From assembly GCA_040954595.2 (NCBI GenBank), contig CM082597.2:974886-1038885 (forward strand): a DNA stretch of 64,000 nt. Direction: 5' to 3'. The notes under the pieces were generated by a model. It saw only the letters and a program-made list of their open reading frames with translations. It ran no database searches and had not been told where the DNA came from. The stretch is from Balanoglossus misakiensis. Taxonomy: Eukaryota; Animalia; Hemichordata. Position 1 is the first letter of the stretch; each line of letters begins with the position of its first letter. Of this stretch, positions 51,301 to 64,000 are shown piece by piece. The position numbers were made by a program, and so were the translations under genes.

Positions 51301-54300
51301 TAACTTAAAATAGCTAATAATAAATCAAAATGCATTGTACAGAAGCTTTCATTTCAGGGTTGTGTTGTGTATGAAAGCAAGATGTATAATGAAAATCCCT
51401 GAGACTATCAACTAATGAAAAGTAACTCAATGTACTGTAAATGGAGTAATAAACGTTACACATCCAATGTTATGACAAATCCTATCATGTACTTGCAACA
51501 GGGGTTATTTTTCTCAGACACACAAAAGTACGACTTCTCACAAGTCCAAATTCACATGCTGAGATGGAGAACTTTAATCACAGAGGCAGTCTACGGACAG
51601 TCTAGACAGTTAGAGATGTTAGCACTAGATACAACAAGACAAGTATAGCACTAAGTAAGTACAAATCTACGTTAAGTGCAAATGAAGGATTTCAACGATG
51701 ACATTCCAGTTGTCGATCGATCGATTCCGTTTGTGCAACAAACCTGGAAAAGTTCCATTTCCTGCTCCAACATTTTCTGCATCACATTGATGCGTTCTTT
51801 CCGGAGCTCCTCATCTTTTTCCGGCTGAAGGAATGCAAAATGTAGAACACAAACAGGGAATATCATTGACCCTTTCCGGTGGTCTTTTCCTAGAATCCAT
51901 TTTTATTACACAAACTCCATAATGTTCTTGACACTGTTTGGTGTGTATGTATTTTTGTGTTCTGTTCTGGTGAGTCTGAATGACCAGGTGCAGTTATGTA
52001 GTATGCTAATTTCATTTACTGTTGCACATGAAATTATGACTATGCAGCAGAAGAAAATATGAGCGCTTAGTGAATCTATCTGTTAACATAAAATAATTAT
52101 GACATTTTAATTAATTTATCTCCTAGTGTATGAAGTGAAGCATAATGACAGCAAACAACAAATGATATTCACAGCTTCAGAGAGCAAAACAAATTGAGGC
52201 AAGTGCATTTTGGATTATTCCCATAGTCATCTATGGCAATAGTTGGCCATTCCACAGATAGGGGTGTGACACTGGCAAGTGGTTTGGACTGTGAGGATGT
52301 CTCTTGAGTAGAGATCAAATTTATGTCTCTGAAGAATCGATGCTATAACCATCTGCCGGTTTCAGACATCTCCTCATGAAGGCCGGGCAAAGATGCGTAA
52401 AGAACTTCTGAAGTCTTGAACCAAACCCGAAGCAGAAGTGAATGATGAGAATGGCTTGCTGCAATGTGCCCTTCAAACAAGCATGGTTATTTTTTCAAAG
52501 CGGCGAGTCGAGAGAATTTCTAGCAATTGCTTTGCGCCTGCCCTTATACCTTGCATCACCAGCAGATTTGTGGAGTCAGTGGTGCGTCATATCGGCTTTG
52601 AGGGCACGCTTGCAAGCAGGCAACATTGTCAGGAAACTACGTGGGTCATCTGCATGGGTCATCATACATATCCAACCCACTTAAAAAAGAACGTACCCTC
52701 CCTAATTATGAGAATACCATCATATGCTTTTATTCAAATTGGCACAAGAAGTATAACGAGCTTAGCGTATTGATACAGTGGGGCAGGGTGTATTTACACA
52801 CAAGGGCTGGGTTCATTTTGTCCAGGGTACTGTAAATCTATCAGACTTATTACTGGTAGAGTAAGTGGCACAGGTTCATTGAATTAGGTTCCCTGTTTTG
52901 TACATGCATATTCGGATGCATGGTCACTTCAGAAATTAGATGAACCGGTCAAACGCATTTCATACGTAAGGTACAGTACAGATTAGCCTAGTCCTATCCG
53001 TAATTTGTCTGCTTTACTTCCAAAAAAAGCGGACAAAATACGGCTAGGACTAGGCTAAGTACAGATCAAAACTCAGTTTCCTGGGTCACTATACAATAGA
53101 ACAATCCTACAGGTTGTATTGACCAGGGGCCACAGCAGAAAATTGGCCAGACTTACCCCTGCTGGTTTAGGTCCAGTAACCTCCGGTCTTCCGGACATCA
53201 ACAGCTGACTTGAAGTGATTGGTACGTGAGGTGGTGGCAATGGTGGGTAGTTCGACCCCGGTGGCCTTCCCAGTAATGTTAATGCTACGTAGGACCCGGC
53301 TGAGGGGAGGAAAAATGCATTGAGAAGTCAAACTCCTGAAGACAACATAGGAATATACAGTGAAACCTGTGTTAGTGGTCACTATCCCTGTGCAATTTAC
53401 GTGTGCATTATTGACCTGTCTATAAAGGCCAGTTAAGTAAAAAGTCCCTTGACTGGCAACTATAGACAGGTTTCACTGTATCAAAATTCACATCAGATTC
53501 ATCTTCAACCTGGACATGAATGACTGTTCATGTATAAATGAAAAGTACTTACATTTGATAAGCTTGACAACTTCAGTATGATTAGACTGTGTAACCAAGG
53601 TACCATTTACCTGGAAACAGAACACAGAGAGTAAGATGGTTGTGCTATATGTTGGTATGAACCTGCGATCAAAATCTGGATGTAAATATTTGTTTTATCT
53701 CTGAGAAAAAGAGCAAATCACTTAGCTACCCTTGACACTATGTATTTACACACTTCCACCTGGTAGAGATAACGGCTTTTCAATCACATGTTCGAGCCCC
53801 TGGTGTATAATTTCGGGGTATTACCATAAACTGTCGAAGAGCTTGTTGGCCATCAAACTGTCATGTCCTAATCCATATTACCACTACTTCATGTGATATA
53901 CTACTATGTACTTCATGTGATGAATAGCAATGACTATAATTATCTAAGCTCCAAAAGGGCAATTATTAACCCATGGATCTGACATAAGCTAGTAGCAGTA
54001 GAAGTCCCTAGTTTATGACAATTCTTTTCATGAAAAGTTGACATGCTTTCAATTTATTTCAGGACAGACTTCCTCACACTCAGACAAAGCCTTGGGTACC
54101 CTGATAGCAGATTCACAACTTCATGACTTTATTTCTGACTTCTTGTGTTTGCTGTAGCCATGGTTACCACAGAGTACCACAACATCATGTGACCGAGTCC
54201 CCTATTTCAAATGAAATCAATGATCTCAAAACAGCGTGACAATTTAATTCTCATTTACTTCCTTGTGAGGGTGTTTCATTGGGGCAATGTGTCTCCCTAG

Positions 54301-57300
54301 CATTCAGTCTCTTATGGAATCACCCACATAGTTTTATACGGACAGAATATTTCACTGCTGGGGTGTAGGTAGGTCCATGTAGGTGGACAGATGGGCTAAG
54401 GGATTATGTTTGTATCTTCTACAGCACAGTGAAAATTATAATTCGACAGACATACACCTCATGTACTTACAGTTGAACAACAGACATGTAAGGCTGAGAG
54501 TTACACAACTCATGTTCATCCAAAAATTATACACCAGCTGAAATTCTCTTCTGCACTCGAGAGCAACATTAAAGTCGATCAACACAAAATTTGCCAGGTT
54601 TACTTTAGAGTTTGTTGACGGTACTCGGTACTCGATGCCCTAGACAGTTAAATCTCATCTCAATGGAACGACTTAATCCAATTGTTTTCTGTAATGCAAC
54701 TGGACAAACAGGTGCCGATCTGGGGACTGAGTGAAACCGCAATAACAAATTTATCAAGTCTCACAAACAGCCTAGCACACATCAGATATTCCTACTAGCA
54801 GTGACGAGTTCGTCCTGAGGTTTTTCTCAACGCAACAGTGAATCTTCAGAGCGTCACAGACATTGCCATGCCAGTCAATAGAGTCTGGCTGTTTACAATG
54901 ACATGTTTTTTACTGAAAAACACAATACATTCATTCCAACTGAGTCCATTAGAGTCACGTCGCAAACGCTGTCGACATCAGAAAATCTGCCACATGGCAA
55001 ACTATCGACGACACACAAACATACCCACCTGTAGCTTCACCTGGACAGACCACTGATAATTTCAGAGTGAACTCTCGCTTCCCGTTTCGCAGTTTTTCAA
55101 CCCAAGCTTTGCGCACTCACTGAGCTGTCACGAACTAATTCCATAGACGCACGGACACTGTGGTGTAATCAAGTATGGGAACCTCCCAATCTACTGTCAT
55201 GCTAATGGAGACTCAGGACTGCCTAAATAGAGCACGACTGAGGAACTGACCTCACTAAGGTGGGGTCATTTTGATGACCAATTGTAGAGCTGCGTATGAG
55301 TATGTTGTGTGTGTAGGAGGGGGCTTTCAACGTTTAATTCTGCACGAACTCAACAAGGAATTCTGCGGAACTGCTAACAATGTACTCAGAAAAGAGCTAC
55401 CACTGACCACTAAACCCAGAAGACCACTTTTATTTTCATGTTCATGTCCATCTCTCAATTCAGTGAATGGCCTAGTTAACGACTGTATCCAAGTGCCATT
55501 GAATTTGACATTGTAAAGCTATTGATATTCCTTTGTGTTTATGGGGCATTAACTGGTTGAAGTTCAGGTGCAAATGTCATGCATTATTGTCATCAATTGA
55601 AGGGTTCAAAGCCATCCACTGTTCACATGTAGATACAAACAATACGAGGTCGTCATGTGAAATAAGTTAAACACAGTATATATTTTCGGTTCTCTGCTTT
55701 TGTGAATTCTTTTCTAGGCCATGCCTCTCTCTCTGAATAGTGTGTTCCATTTGAAATGGAATGAAATAGCTATGGTTTGCAGAATCTATGCCTCAAGGGG
55801 ATTGTGGTTTACAATGGTGGATTTCATTTGACGGGCGCGATGTGATGGTGATCGATGACTCACCCATGACTCTAATTGTATTTGAACAAAGGGCACTAAA
55901 ATGATAAATTCATATACAGGGATAATATAAAAATAGTTTCGCATGAGATTAGCATATAAGAAATTGGCCAGTCAAACATATGGACTTTTTGAAATGAAAA
56001 AACTAAACAAAGCTGACTTCGTCAGTGTTGGTCTACGCTTCTTATGCAACATATAGCCGGAGGGTATGCTATGTGTCTAAGTGGTGCAGCTAAATTGGAG
56101 TCTGACATCACAAACACTGTTCAATGCAACTCTAAGCTTTCACACAGCTATTTATAACGACCCCTACTTGTCTTCAAATCTGCCATCCTGTCCGAGCCCC
56201 ACCACAGGGTGATAGAGCACTATGTTAGCCTACCCTGCACTGAAGTATTGCTAATTCAGATCACGTCGTGAAATCAATTTCACATATGGTGAGCATGTGG
56301 TATAAAGTACACCATAATCATTGTAATCAGGGACTTTCAGACAATTTAATTAAACTTTCCGACATGCCCAACATAGTTAAAAATATCAGGAACGATGTTT
56401 ACTTCATTGCCATTAAAATTTGCACATTCTTTCCTTTTTAACCTCAAAGTAGGTTACTGAAATATTACACAAATTCTGCTCTGATGTCGAAGATGGAGCT
56501 CAGAGTCACGTGACCTTCGACCTACATGTACAGGGCACCACCCATTCTGTGCATTCCAAGTGAATCTATTGCTACTTGTGTTTGCTGGTTGACAATGTTT
56601 AATGCAACAATTACGGCTTACATTAGAGTTGGAATTCCGAGGTCATGCCAAGTTATGTCGAATTAATTACCAAACAAACGACTATATGTACCATCATATC
56701 ACAACACAACACAACATAATGTCATAACTGAGTCTAAACTCAACAATGAGAGCTCTGGCAGAGATGAGGGCCAGCTTAGCACATCCAAACTCAGCCTATT
56801 TATTGCACACATTTAAAAGTTTATATCACTGTGATTTTGTACTACAATATGGTTAAGAAAGAAGATGTGAGAGTCTGTGAGAAAAGTCAGGAACTCTGGG
56901 CGTCAAATCAGCTTCTTTCTCTTCCTTGTAAAAGACATCTATACAAATAAACATACTATGATTGATTTGACCTTTTCACAATCACAGTGGTTCCACCCCA
57001 CTGAAGTCTCTATGTCACTGTTTGGCATCCAATCAGTGACAGAGGTCAAAGTTCGTAGAAATGTCACGGAAATGAAATTGTCAAAAGGAACAACAGTCAT
57101 TCCACAGACTTGACAACATTCAAAGATTGATAAATAAGTCATACAGTGTCATTTTTCTTGTTCAGTTATATCAACACACTGACTGTTTAGTCTGCAAAGC
57201 TTTGGCAGCTTTCTGAAATCAAATCAAAAGAATTGTGCAGCGATAGCCAGAAGCTAGGTAAAATATATAGAATGTCTAGACAACAACCGCTATCTCTAAC

Positions 57301-60300
57301 TTTTTGAGAATATATGGCAAACATCATAATTTTTCTGCGTAAATGTAAAAGTGCACAGAAACAAATGATGAAGTCAGAAAGCTGACCAGTGCATGGTACA
57401 GTAAACACGAATAATCACTCACTCTGATTTCTACCGTCCCAGCTGAGACAGGGGAACTGATTTAGTATCAAAAACAGTGTATGATAACCTTGAAATACTA
57501 CCACTGTTCTAGATTAATGCAAAACTTGGTGTGGTATACTACAAAAGTGTAACAGAAAGACAATAGTGCTATGAGCATACCTGGTGAAGTAACCAGTCCC
57601 TAGAGATGAGTCAGACATTTTTACCACAACCAGACAGTACTCTCACTCTCCAAAAATCTTTTGTTCACCTCATATTTTACCTAAAATCCTCACAAAGATT
57701 TCCTTTATTTCCTTAAGAGACAAATGGACGGGTGCATCTGACCTCATTGAAACAGAGAATATACACACAGTACATAAGTCTTGGTCGTGGTTTGGTTTAT
57801 AGGGTATCAAAGAATTTGGGGTCAGAGATCTGACAATATGCTACGTTTACATTTTACGAGACTGCAAGCATAAATTCTGAACTGTGCTGCTGAAACCACC
57901 CAGAGTAAACACACAAAACACTGTAGACATTTGCAGGTCACCATACAAGTCGTCTTCCCACAAAAGTGACATGTTTCTTATTTTTTGTCACAATTTTAAG
58001 TTTTGTACTATCAATTTGTAAACTGTTTTTTGAACAGATGAGAATTCTTAAAAACATTTATGAGTTTCAATAAAACCCGTTCCAATAAACAAGAATAATT
58101 TACAGCCAAGAATCACGAGGACACTGTACTTTGGCAGAGGTGACGTTCGTGGGTTTCCAAAGAACAAGCACGATTATTGTCTCACATCTTCCTTATTGAT
58201 ATCACTTCTGTCTGACCTGCGACTGACCTGAATAAATCAAACTTTACAAGTTAAGCTCCACTTTTTTCACCTCCTCACAACCAAATCACACCGACCAATA
58301 AAAACATTCCACAAACAAACAAGTAACTACACAATGGATCAACTTCACACGGACAGTCAAATTCTGAAGTTGCCAACAATTCTGTTGAACCAAAATAGCT
58401 TAAATTACCTTGAATGGTGAAACGATACCTTGAACTGCATTAAAATCATTTTCAATATCAATTACACGCAGAAGATAATTTAGACATCGATTTCCATCTA
58501 CTTATCGATTTGAGGAGAACTCGTCAAATTGCACCGAATTTCATTTCATTCAATTTTTATCTTTGACCGGAAGAGTACGATCACATAATTTAATATGATT
58601 ACCCCTTTCAAGCCTTGGAAAAAAACTTTGAGCCTGTTCCTAAAAATATTGGGCATAAAGAGAGATAATTATAAAACTTTATAACAATCATCATATTGGT
58701 ATAATGCCAATGTTTTCATTGGTGAGATTAGACCTTGGTTTCAATGCTCATTATGATGTTTGCCCTCCACTAACCACCAACATAATTTGATTTGATAGTA
58801 ACACCCAATTTTAGCGCAAACAGCGCTATGAATAACTCAACACAACAGAGACTGACACAATTATAATATGCAGAATAACATTTATATTCCTGAATTGAGA
58901 CAAAAAATGGCCCAAAATAAAATCCAGCATTTCAACTTCCTGTTTCTTATACACATTATTTGCAATATGTTCTTCATTTGTGCAAGTTTACATTCCAGGT
59001 TTTTAATTTAACCGATACAAACAAAATCCACAAAAAAATTTGGTGTCCAGACTGCAGAAAGACTACACCGACAACCACACCAAATCGAGATATAATTTCA
59101 ATTTGCACAGATGCTGGTAGTTTATCTACTGCTGGAGATTGTGTATTCGGTGAATTATGTCGCAGTACCAGCTGGGTATCGCATATTCGCAAATTACGCC
59201 ATATGGAGATGGAAAACCAAAAACAGGGCACCGGAACTGGGTGATATCTGATGCTGTTAATATCTACAAGTTCGATATGAACTTATTTTATTATCTTTCA
59301 ACAGCCACCAACACCACCACCACACAAAACGTCTGGACACAAAATGGGTGAATCCGTGTCACGCTTCATGGCACTTCCCGTCGAAACTTTGACCAAAAAG
59401 TACGATTAAATATCACCTAAAATACTGATTGTAACTTTCTAGTAAAACAATACACAATCAACAATTATGTCTGGCACCATTCTAGTTCAAAATTAATCCA
59501 ATGTTTGAAAAAATATTATGTAAAAAGCGGAATTTGTGGCGAGGGAAAGTTGGTAGTTTGGTCGGTGGATACGGGTGTGATGAACCAAGGTTCAGTGTAG
59601 CATAGACAGCACAGTGACATCACACAGAAGCACATCCAGAACACATACTGTGAAGGTCATTGCCTTACTTGTATGGAAGTTAAACTATCATGGAAGTCGG
59701 AGAACGGCCAACACGCCCCAAAACCCACACTAATCTCACGACACGAAAAGATTTGTACTCACTGAGACAGCTGTTTAGCCATGTCGCACGACGTCCAACA
59801 TTTCACCAACTGGACAGACATTAAACAAAACTGCAGTGACACTGAGTGACCGCTTTCGCGCATACCTTAAAGTCGACAAATAATCGTCGGGTCAGGTGAG
59901 GCCCATCCTGCTTGGGACTCGTATACTTCACTGTAGGGGTGACAGACCCATTTCTGCGGGACTATCCTTCACCCTCGGACAAAAGCGCTCGTATAACCCT
60001 GCTGTTTTTTGATGGTCATTTATATTGTTGAGCTATATATTTGAAGGTTATACAGTATTCATGACAGCAATATTGATTTGACTTTTATTGAACAGTGTCA
60101 CTGTTTGATTAGCAAACAAACTTTCCACACTATTCAAACCTCGTAGAACGAAGGACAACACAATGCATAGCTCAGGCAATACTCCCATCACTATGGCTAA
60201 CTTAACCCACTGGGGGGAAATATGACTTCTCAATTTGATTTGACTGACTCCTAGAAACGAAGTGACTGGACAGGAATTTTTCCGATTGCTGTTGTCGAAA

Positions 60301-62204
60301 TTATCCAGATCAGAGACAGACATGATCAGGACTAAAACAGCAAATCATAAACAACTGCCTTATAACCATTATATCAATTAGATTATAAGCTTTTCCGCCT
60401 ACATTGTAAATACACGGCCTGGTACCAACCCTCAATCTGTCACTCCTGTACACATCCAAAATAAAATACGACTTGGAACAATTTTACTGGCTAATGTTTA
60501 AATGAACTGACGTAAGGGGTATTAGACGCAAATGATCCAGCAATAACTGTATGCCGGGCAATCAGAAATCCCCTAGCTCACTTACTAGAGGTGCAAAATA
60601 CGAACATCATGTTCCACATGTAGGCATATGACTAACAGATGGAACACTCACAATGGTTGCAGTGTTTGCTATACAAGTGGTGTTCACATTAACAGATTAT
60701 GTCAGCCCTGACTCGTTAAAGCTTCTAGAGCTGCCTTTGCATTATTTTCATGATTTTATTTTATTAAATTGGTCCATCTAAATAAGCTCACGTCTGTGAA
60801 GACACTGACACTGATATAAGGTCACGAGAGGACGACATAAGCCTGACTCATCATCCATTACTAGGAAATCCTGTCACATTGCAATGCCTTCCATGGACAA
60901 CAACCGCTATACACTGTTACATATTACCTAACACTTACGAAACCTCTGCTATTAATGTATACAAAAATATCCCAAGTTCTCATCTCAATCATATTTCATT
61001 TCTGAGTCACAGGACAGAGTACTTTTAGTCCAATTTACTGTGAATATTGGTTATATTTTATGACCCAATTGGCTGCCGATATAACATGCCAGTACAGCAG
61101 GGTGCTGAAATAGTTTTGTTACTGTATAAAGTTTAGAAGAACTTTCATGTGTACAGAGATACCTACCTTGTAATCATTCTCTGTCTCTGTCTCTGTCTGT
61201 CTCTCTCTGTCTGTCTCTCTGTCTCTCTCTCTCTGTTTTTCTCTCTCTCACACACACACACACACACATGCACACACATAATGCGCTACCACATACCACA
61301 CTACAAACATACATACACAAGCCAATCCACTAACCTTGATGATTCTATCACCTTGTTGAACGCCTGCTTTATGCGCTGCTCCATCTGAAAACACAGACAC
61401 GTAAGATAAAGTCAGTTCCTTCACTCTGACTATGCGCTTCACTACCGTTTTATGTATGACACATGTGGAAGGTCATTGGTCACGACAAGACATCAAGGTC
61501 ATCAGACGTTTCACAGAAGATAGGATATACGGCGAAGTTGAGTCAACAGTAACTTTAATGTAGTACATGTATTTATCATACGATGTTTCGTAGGAGTGCT
61601 GAGTTGATTAAACTCATGAGGGCGCTAAAACCAATAATACCGCGCTGAGTTCATACGTTTGATCATTCTCAGAAACTGCAACAGAAATAGTTCTACTTAC
61701 GTTCTTTAACACTTTGAACAAACACAGGATTGTCACCGCTGACTGTTAAACCATATCCTTTTTCGTCTCTCTGGACAATGACACAACGTTGAATTAGCTG
61801 TGCCCCTGCAAGCGATGAGAACAAACACAGAATTACGCTGCGCTCTGTAACAACTCGCGCAAACAGAGTCGAACCTGTGTAAGTGGCCACCTCTATATAG
61901 TGGCCACTTTGGTACAGTCTCTGTGTAATTAATGGACCTGTCTACAAAGACCGCTTTACTTCTCATTGCTACTCCCTTACCCTGGAGTTGTTGGGACCTC
62001 ATCCAGTAAATAAGATACATTTACCCATTGGATGATGGATGAAATACAAAAGGGACAAACTCACCATAAGGATCTTGCACTGTGTCCATCACAATAGAGG
62101 ATGGTCTCCTAGCAACTGGCTCCTTCTCGGCTGACTGCGACTTCTCTTTTTCTTTGTCCGTATGCTTCTTCTCTCCCGAAGAATCCTGAACTAGACTGAC
62201 AAGC
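30347..62204 (-). CDS. ARHGEF12: RGS-RhoGEF (RhoGEF2 / PDZ-RhoGEF / LARG ortholog): PDZ, coiled coil, RGS-like, C1, DH, PH; 5' end not found in window
   Basis: 36 phase-consistent exons totalling 5317 nt: 62065-62204, 61701-61805, 61335-61384, 53553-53610, 53157-53299, 51744-51824, 50904-51032, 48207-48524, 46832-46888, 46247-46450, 45939-46103, 43302-43493, 41912-42019, 41213-41311, 41041-41083, 40583-40817, 40321-40480, 39998-40112, 39698-39835, 37720-37845, 37311-37498, 37111-37157, 35388-35474, 35104-35273, 34735-34961, 34435-34560, 34179-34296, 33853-34031, 33653-33728, 33322-33492, 32749-32986, 32177-32483, 31876-32014, 31507-31634, 30819-31155, 30347-30459. Family signatures include QRCVIVQRDEKGYGLTVSGDNPVFVQSVKE, EIKRQEVINELFYTE and QRLTKYPLLL. 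Likely co-ortholog of ARHGEF11/12. Confidence 0.95.
30584..30700. mobile_element. Diverged copy of the same TA-flanked MITE
   Basis: ta|cagtcaaacctgtgttag...gactggctgctatagacaggtttaacta|ta. Confidence 0.7.
32749..35273 (-). CDS. ARHGEF12: RhoGEF DH-PH catalytic module exons
   Basis: KRQEVINELFYTEKTHVRNLKI..., CRRLQLKDFIPCVFQRLTKYPLLL, VNTAVREAEN, DGSLTWR, DLHVLLLEDLLVLLQK, SPIIKL...RNVATDKKAFFLV, GPQIYELVA. Confidence 0.95.
36436..36462 (-). CDS. Candidate 27-nt microexon of the RhoGEF
   Basis: ctaatttag|TCATCTGAGACATACCAGATCAGTAGA|gtaagt: phase 2-2 inside a phase-2 intron, no stop. Confidence 0.5.
36562..36652. mobile_element. piggyBac-type MITE copy, opposite orientation, 83 bp
   Basis: ttaa|ccctttcacc...tttggaccaaactatggcggtgaaaggg|ttaa. 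Confidence 0.8.
39698..40112 (-). CDS. ARHGEF12: RhoGEF C1 (phorbol ester/DAG-type zinc finger) domain, 2 exons
   Basis: GHHFVLIHYHSTTFCNYCNELLWGIGNQGYQCQ|SCEYNVHKANCIDSVYEQC gives HX12CX2CX13CX2CX4HX3CX7C. Confidence 0.9.
40321..42019 (-). CDS. ARHGEF12: RhoGEF RGS-like (rgRGS) domain exons
   Basis: HGPFNSLEELEKKPAHMAVLINYLISNSDPSAV|FFYLVTD...STFL...PLRI...LADYRSKRSMGLGNLYG. The upstream exon ends in the acidic IMSMEDDEF segment typical of RH-RhoGEFs. Confidence 0.9.
44264..44320 (-). CDS. Candidate alternative first coding exon of the RhoGEF (MNSACQCSCECEYDPWVEQ)
   Basis: ATG at 44320, 19 open codons, donor CAG|gtgaga in phase 0, matching the next exon (43493). Promoter-like motifs lie upstream. 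Confidence 0.4.
45704..45796. mobile_element. piggyBac-type MITE (TTAA|CCCTTTCACC...GGTGAAAGGG|TTAA), 85 bp
   Basis: Terminal inverted repeats starting CCCT, flanked by TTAA on both sides. Homologous copies occur elsewhere in the window. Confidence 0.8.
46466..46511. repeat. (ATC)n microsatellite
   Basis: Read directly from the sequence. It explains the poly-Ile ORF 46414..46641. Confidence 0.95.
49647..49712 (-). CDS. Candidate 66-nt cassette exon of the RhoGEF (VFALTGIPLSPPPSPIHCSQSQ)
   Basis: ctgcag| ... CAG|gtaaat, open and phase 0-0 inside a phase-0 intron. Confidence 0.45.
49737..49997. repeat. Degenerate minisatellite, ~65-70 bp unit, ~4 copies
   Basis: atagaatgcaca(t/a)gacaacataa...aacattatgtgcacatgacgtg.atgtcaaagat recurs. 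Confidence 0.85.
50520..50900. repeat. Degenerate ~29-bp tandem repeat (ctaggg...taaact.gacctgt)
   Basis: Repeated ctaggg(a/g)gt and aaact(t/a)gacct units ending next to the donor at 50903. Confidence 0.6.
51088..51171. mobile_element. piggyBac-type MITE copy, 76 bp
   Basis: ttaa|ccctttcaccaccgtggttcagtccaaa...ggtgaaaggg|ttaa. Confidence 0.8.
52975..53066. mobile_element. 74-bp foldback element (TAGCC...GGCTA) with a 9-bp target site duplication AGTACAGAT
   Basis: agtacagat|tagcctagtcctatccgtaatttgtctgcttt...aaagcggacaaaatacggctaggactaggcta|agtacagat. Confidence 0.8.
53157..61805 (-). CDS. ARHGEF12: RhoGEF PDZ domain (4 exons, split by a 7.7 kb intron)
   Basis: LIQRCVIVQRDEKGYGLTVSGDNPVFVQSVKE|HGAAHKAGVQQGDRIIK|VNGTLVTQSNHTEVVKLIK|SGSYVALTLLGRPPG closely matches the LARG/PDZ-RhoGEF PDZ as I recall it. 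Confidence 0.95.
53356..53480. mobile_element. Tc1/mariner-pogo-type MITE (TA|CAGTGAAACCTGT...ACAGGTTTCACTG|TA), 121 bp
   Basis: Perfect 13-bp TIR with TA flanks. Confidence 0.8.
61178..61320. repeat. Compound (TC/TCTG)n-(CA)n microsatellite
   Basis: Read directly from the sequence. Confidence 0.9.
61862..61955. mobile_element. Partial copy of the TA-flanked MITE
   Basis: cagagtcgaacctgtgtaagtggccac...gacctgtctacaaagacc resembles the 5' half of the 53358 copy. Confidence 0.5.
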
Positions 62205-64000
62205 CTGAATATAAAATAGAGAAAAAAATACATCAATACTTGTTCATCTTCAAGGCGAATCACAGTGCCCTCTATTTTCCACAGTTTCTTGGAGCTTGTG
62301 AAGTCTCCATCAATACTCAATCACAAATAAAACCATCTAAAAAGGTCAAAATTCATATTCACTGCCATGATCTCATTATCCGATTCCTTTCAGTGACCGA
62401 TCAGAGCACGGGTGATATTCGCAGATTTAATCATAATGAAAAAATTAATCAACCGTTGTGCAGAATCGATGAGTCTCTAAGCCAGACTTTGATTTCTTTG
62501 ATAAACAGAAACCATTCACAGTACATTGTCGGTTATCGAAAGTATCACCATGCCCTCATTATGAGAATTCTTTGACACCGGTATGGGTGTTTTGTATTTG
62601 CGTAGAATGGAAACAGTCCCAAATTCCCAGCTGTAGCAGTTTTCTCAGAAATTACACGCCTCTCAACAGCCGCAAAGAGAGTTATTCATGTGTTCAATTA
62701 ATTGGGCATAAACAGGTTTAGGGAGTCTATCTGTCTGTCTATCTATGTGTTTATGTCTGTGGGCGTCACACTTGTTTACAACAACTTTACAAACTTTCGC
62801 AAATGAACTTTCATTACTTTTTACTACCATTTGTCCTCTCTCGATCAATCTGTACCCGCGGATATCAATTTAAATGACTCAATCAAAGCTATAAAACATC
62901 TTTTTCGGAAAGATCTCGTCATGAGTTCAGAATCTAATTTCCAGAACTTTACACAGGTTTTTTTCTACCACCAGGAGGATGTTCAAGACCTTTCCAGAGT
63001 GCATGAACTCTACATTTCATGGTCTGGGTCAGCAGAAACACACAATACCACCAAATGCAAATCCACACGATAACAGAGCATCACGTCATCTGAACTATGA
63101 CCTTGACAGTGACCTTGGCAGGACATACCACAACACTATGTGGTAGCCACTGTGTAAGCAAGTAGTAAGCTGATTTATAGCTTCAAGCAAGGAGCTTTAT
63201 CTCTTTCGAGGAATTCCAATCACTTGTTGTTCAGAACTCGGCGGTCAACCTGTTGTAAGACATCACTGGCAACAGAGATGATTATTTGACGGTCACAGAT
63301 TGGAAAATCATTTCTCAAGAAGATGCACAGTTTATCTGATATAATTTGAGCATTTTAATCAGAAATTACACCAGTCTGTACTCTAATACACAACCTGGTC
63401 CAGTTGCAATAACCAACAATACTTCACATGTAAAAACTAGCAGTTCTTATATTTCCCTTCTCACTAGAAATTTCAGAAGTTGCTGAACCATTTTGGTGTA
63501 GTATCCATAGAAACAATTCAGACTTATGTTAATTTTTCGCATGGGACATAATTTGACTGGCTGCATCTGGAGAAAATGTGTTGTTCGTGAAGACGGAAGT
63601 TCCATAGCCACAGAGGAGAAGACTGTCTCCCTTCGAAAGGATCAAACATCAGGATAAGGGCACAAACAGTTCACAGTATCATTTGCCCGTAATTAGATGT
63701 CAGAAGCAAAGTTTGGACAAACAAAATCCAGGCCAGTTACCAGCTTATATTTCATCATTCTCCAGTATCACAACAACAATATTTCAGCACCCAGATCGTC
63801 ATCATACATTGTATTTTCATGGAGGTCAAAAGAGATCATTTTGAAATATTATACCCACTCTGTTGTTTCTGAATTCTGCCAAATAAAACGTGCCATATGC
63901 CAATCTTTGTGAGGTGTCAGTTCCAAGACGTTGGCTGGGGGCTTGAACCCTCAGTAAACAACACTACACTGCCTGACATTGTGAAGTAATAATTATATGT

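Overview
AT-rich eukaryotic (metazoan) genomic DNA. The intron-exon style and protein content suggest an invertebrate deuterostome such as a hemichordate or echinoderm, which is inference only. Three spliced genes lie head-to-tail on the minus strand. I reconstructed them by hand from GT-AG sites and checked phase across junctions. (1) 30347-62204+: a RhoGEF2/ARHGEF11/ARHGEF12-family gene (PDZ, coiled coil, RGS-like, C1, DH, PH). It has at least 36 coding exons and about 1770 aa in the window; its start codon was not found here, and it has a ~3 kb putative 3'UTR. (2) ~19776-26751: a type I membrane protein with 10 Ig domains, one per phase-1 exon, including an internal two-exon duplication. 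(3) 2157-13446: a ~460 aa type I membrane protein, SP-EGF-CUB-CUB-TM, in which a PAN/Apple-like module is inserted as its own symmetric exon into the middle of the second CUB domain. This is the most unusual item in the window. The RhoGEF introns hold a candidate internal promoter and first exon giving a Cys-rich PDZ-less isoform, a 27-nt microexon interrupting a conserved RSxSDVD motif, and stop-containing exons upstream of the DH domain. Three small DNA-transposon MITE families (TTAA, TA and 9-bp TSD), minisatellites and microsatellites are also present. Most short ORFs in the supplied track are exon fragments, antisense shadows or noise. No prokaryotic-type systems such as CRISPR are present.
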